Below are positions 63,518-64,000 of a stretch of 64,000 nt of DNA, piece after piece (position 1 is the first letter of the stretch; each line of letters starts with the position of its first letter). The notes under the pieces were generated by a model. That model saw nothing but the letters and a program-made list of their open reading frames with translations. It had not been told where the DNA came from and searched no databases. The position numbers and the translations under genes are program-made. Origin of the DNA: Chiloscyllium plagiosum (taxonomy: Eukaryota); assembly GCF_004010195.1 (NCBI RefSeq), contig NC_057717.1:45491362-45555361 (forward strand). Reading direction: 5' to 3'.

Positions 63518-63709
63518 AGTGAGAAGGCTCATCGGGGAATGTGCAGAGTTAATTCAACTTTTCAGAAAACAAGACCCACAAAACCTTTCAAATGCACATC
63601 ATTTCCATCTGGTTTCCAAGAATTTGCATTGCAAAGTATTGTGGTGTAGAACCCCACATGTACACCCTGCAGTTTTGGAATTATCCACCTTTGTGCATGA
63701 AATGGAGTT

Positions 63710-64000
63710 TTAGAACATAAAACAGAAATACAGCGCAGAACAGGCCCTTCAGCCCTCAATGTTGCGCCGACCTGTGAACTATTCTCAGCTCATCTCCCTA
63801 CACTATCCCATTATCATCCATGTGCTTATCCAAGGATTGTTTAAATGCCCCTAAAGGCAGGTAAGGCATTCCATGCCCTTACCACTCTCTGAGTAAACAA
63901 CCTGTCTCTGACATCTGTCTTAAATCTATCACCACTCAATTTGTAGTTTTGCAAATTACAAGCTGACATCATCATTCTAGGAAAAAGACTTCTACTGTCT
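63710..64000 (-). mobile_element. CR1 3' terminal fragment (runs off the window)
   Basis: Reverse complement closely resembles the 3' end of the CR1 at 16700-17047. Confidence 0.85.

Overview
This window is eukaryotic, repeat-rich genomic DNA, not prokaryotic. HE1-type SINEs, CR1 LINEs and an expanded GPR139/GPR142-like receptor family point to a cartilaginous fish, probably a shark (inference). There is one apparently intact host coding exon, the large 7TM exon of a GPR139-like class A GPCR (2664-3619), whose splice acceptor is duplicated 453 bp upstream. A disabled paralog lies at 42498-43392. Most of the remainder is transposable-element debris: many CR1 LINE fragments (one young, with an open RT frame), a Rex1/Babar LINE, Penelope-like elements (PLEs), a Gypsy element split by nested insertions, solo LTRs, HE1 SINEs, and an endogenous retrovirus remnant (integrase C-terminus, env, PPT, 3' LTR). 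Two features are not visible in the ORF track. One is a decayed multi-isotype tRNA gene cluster at about 9.5-11.0 kb, including an intron-retaining tRNA-Arg(TCT) relic, with further relics elsewhere. The other is a set of hammerhead-ribozyme-like cores in PLE termini, some in stand-alone 100-200 bp inserts with clean target-site duplications. There are two assembly gaps (500 N and 12 N). All family calls were made by eye from motifs and recalled consensus sequences; no searches were run, and TE boundaries are approximate.
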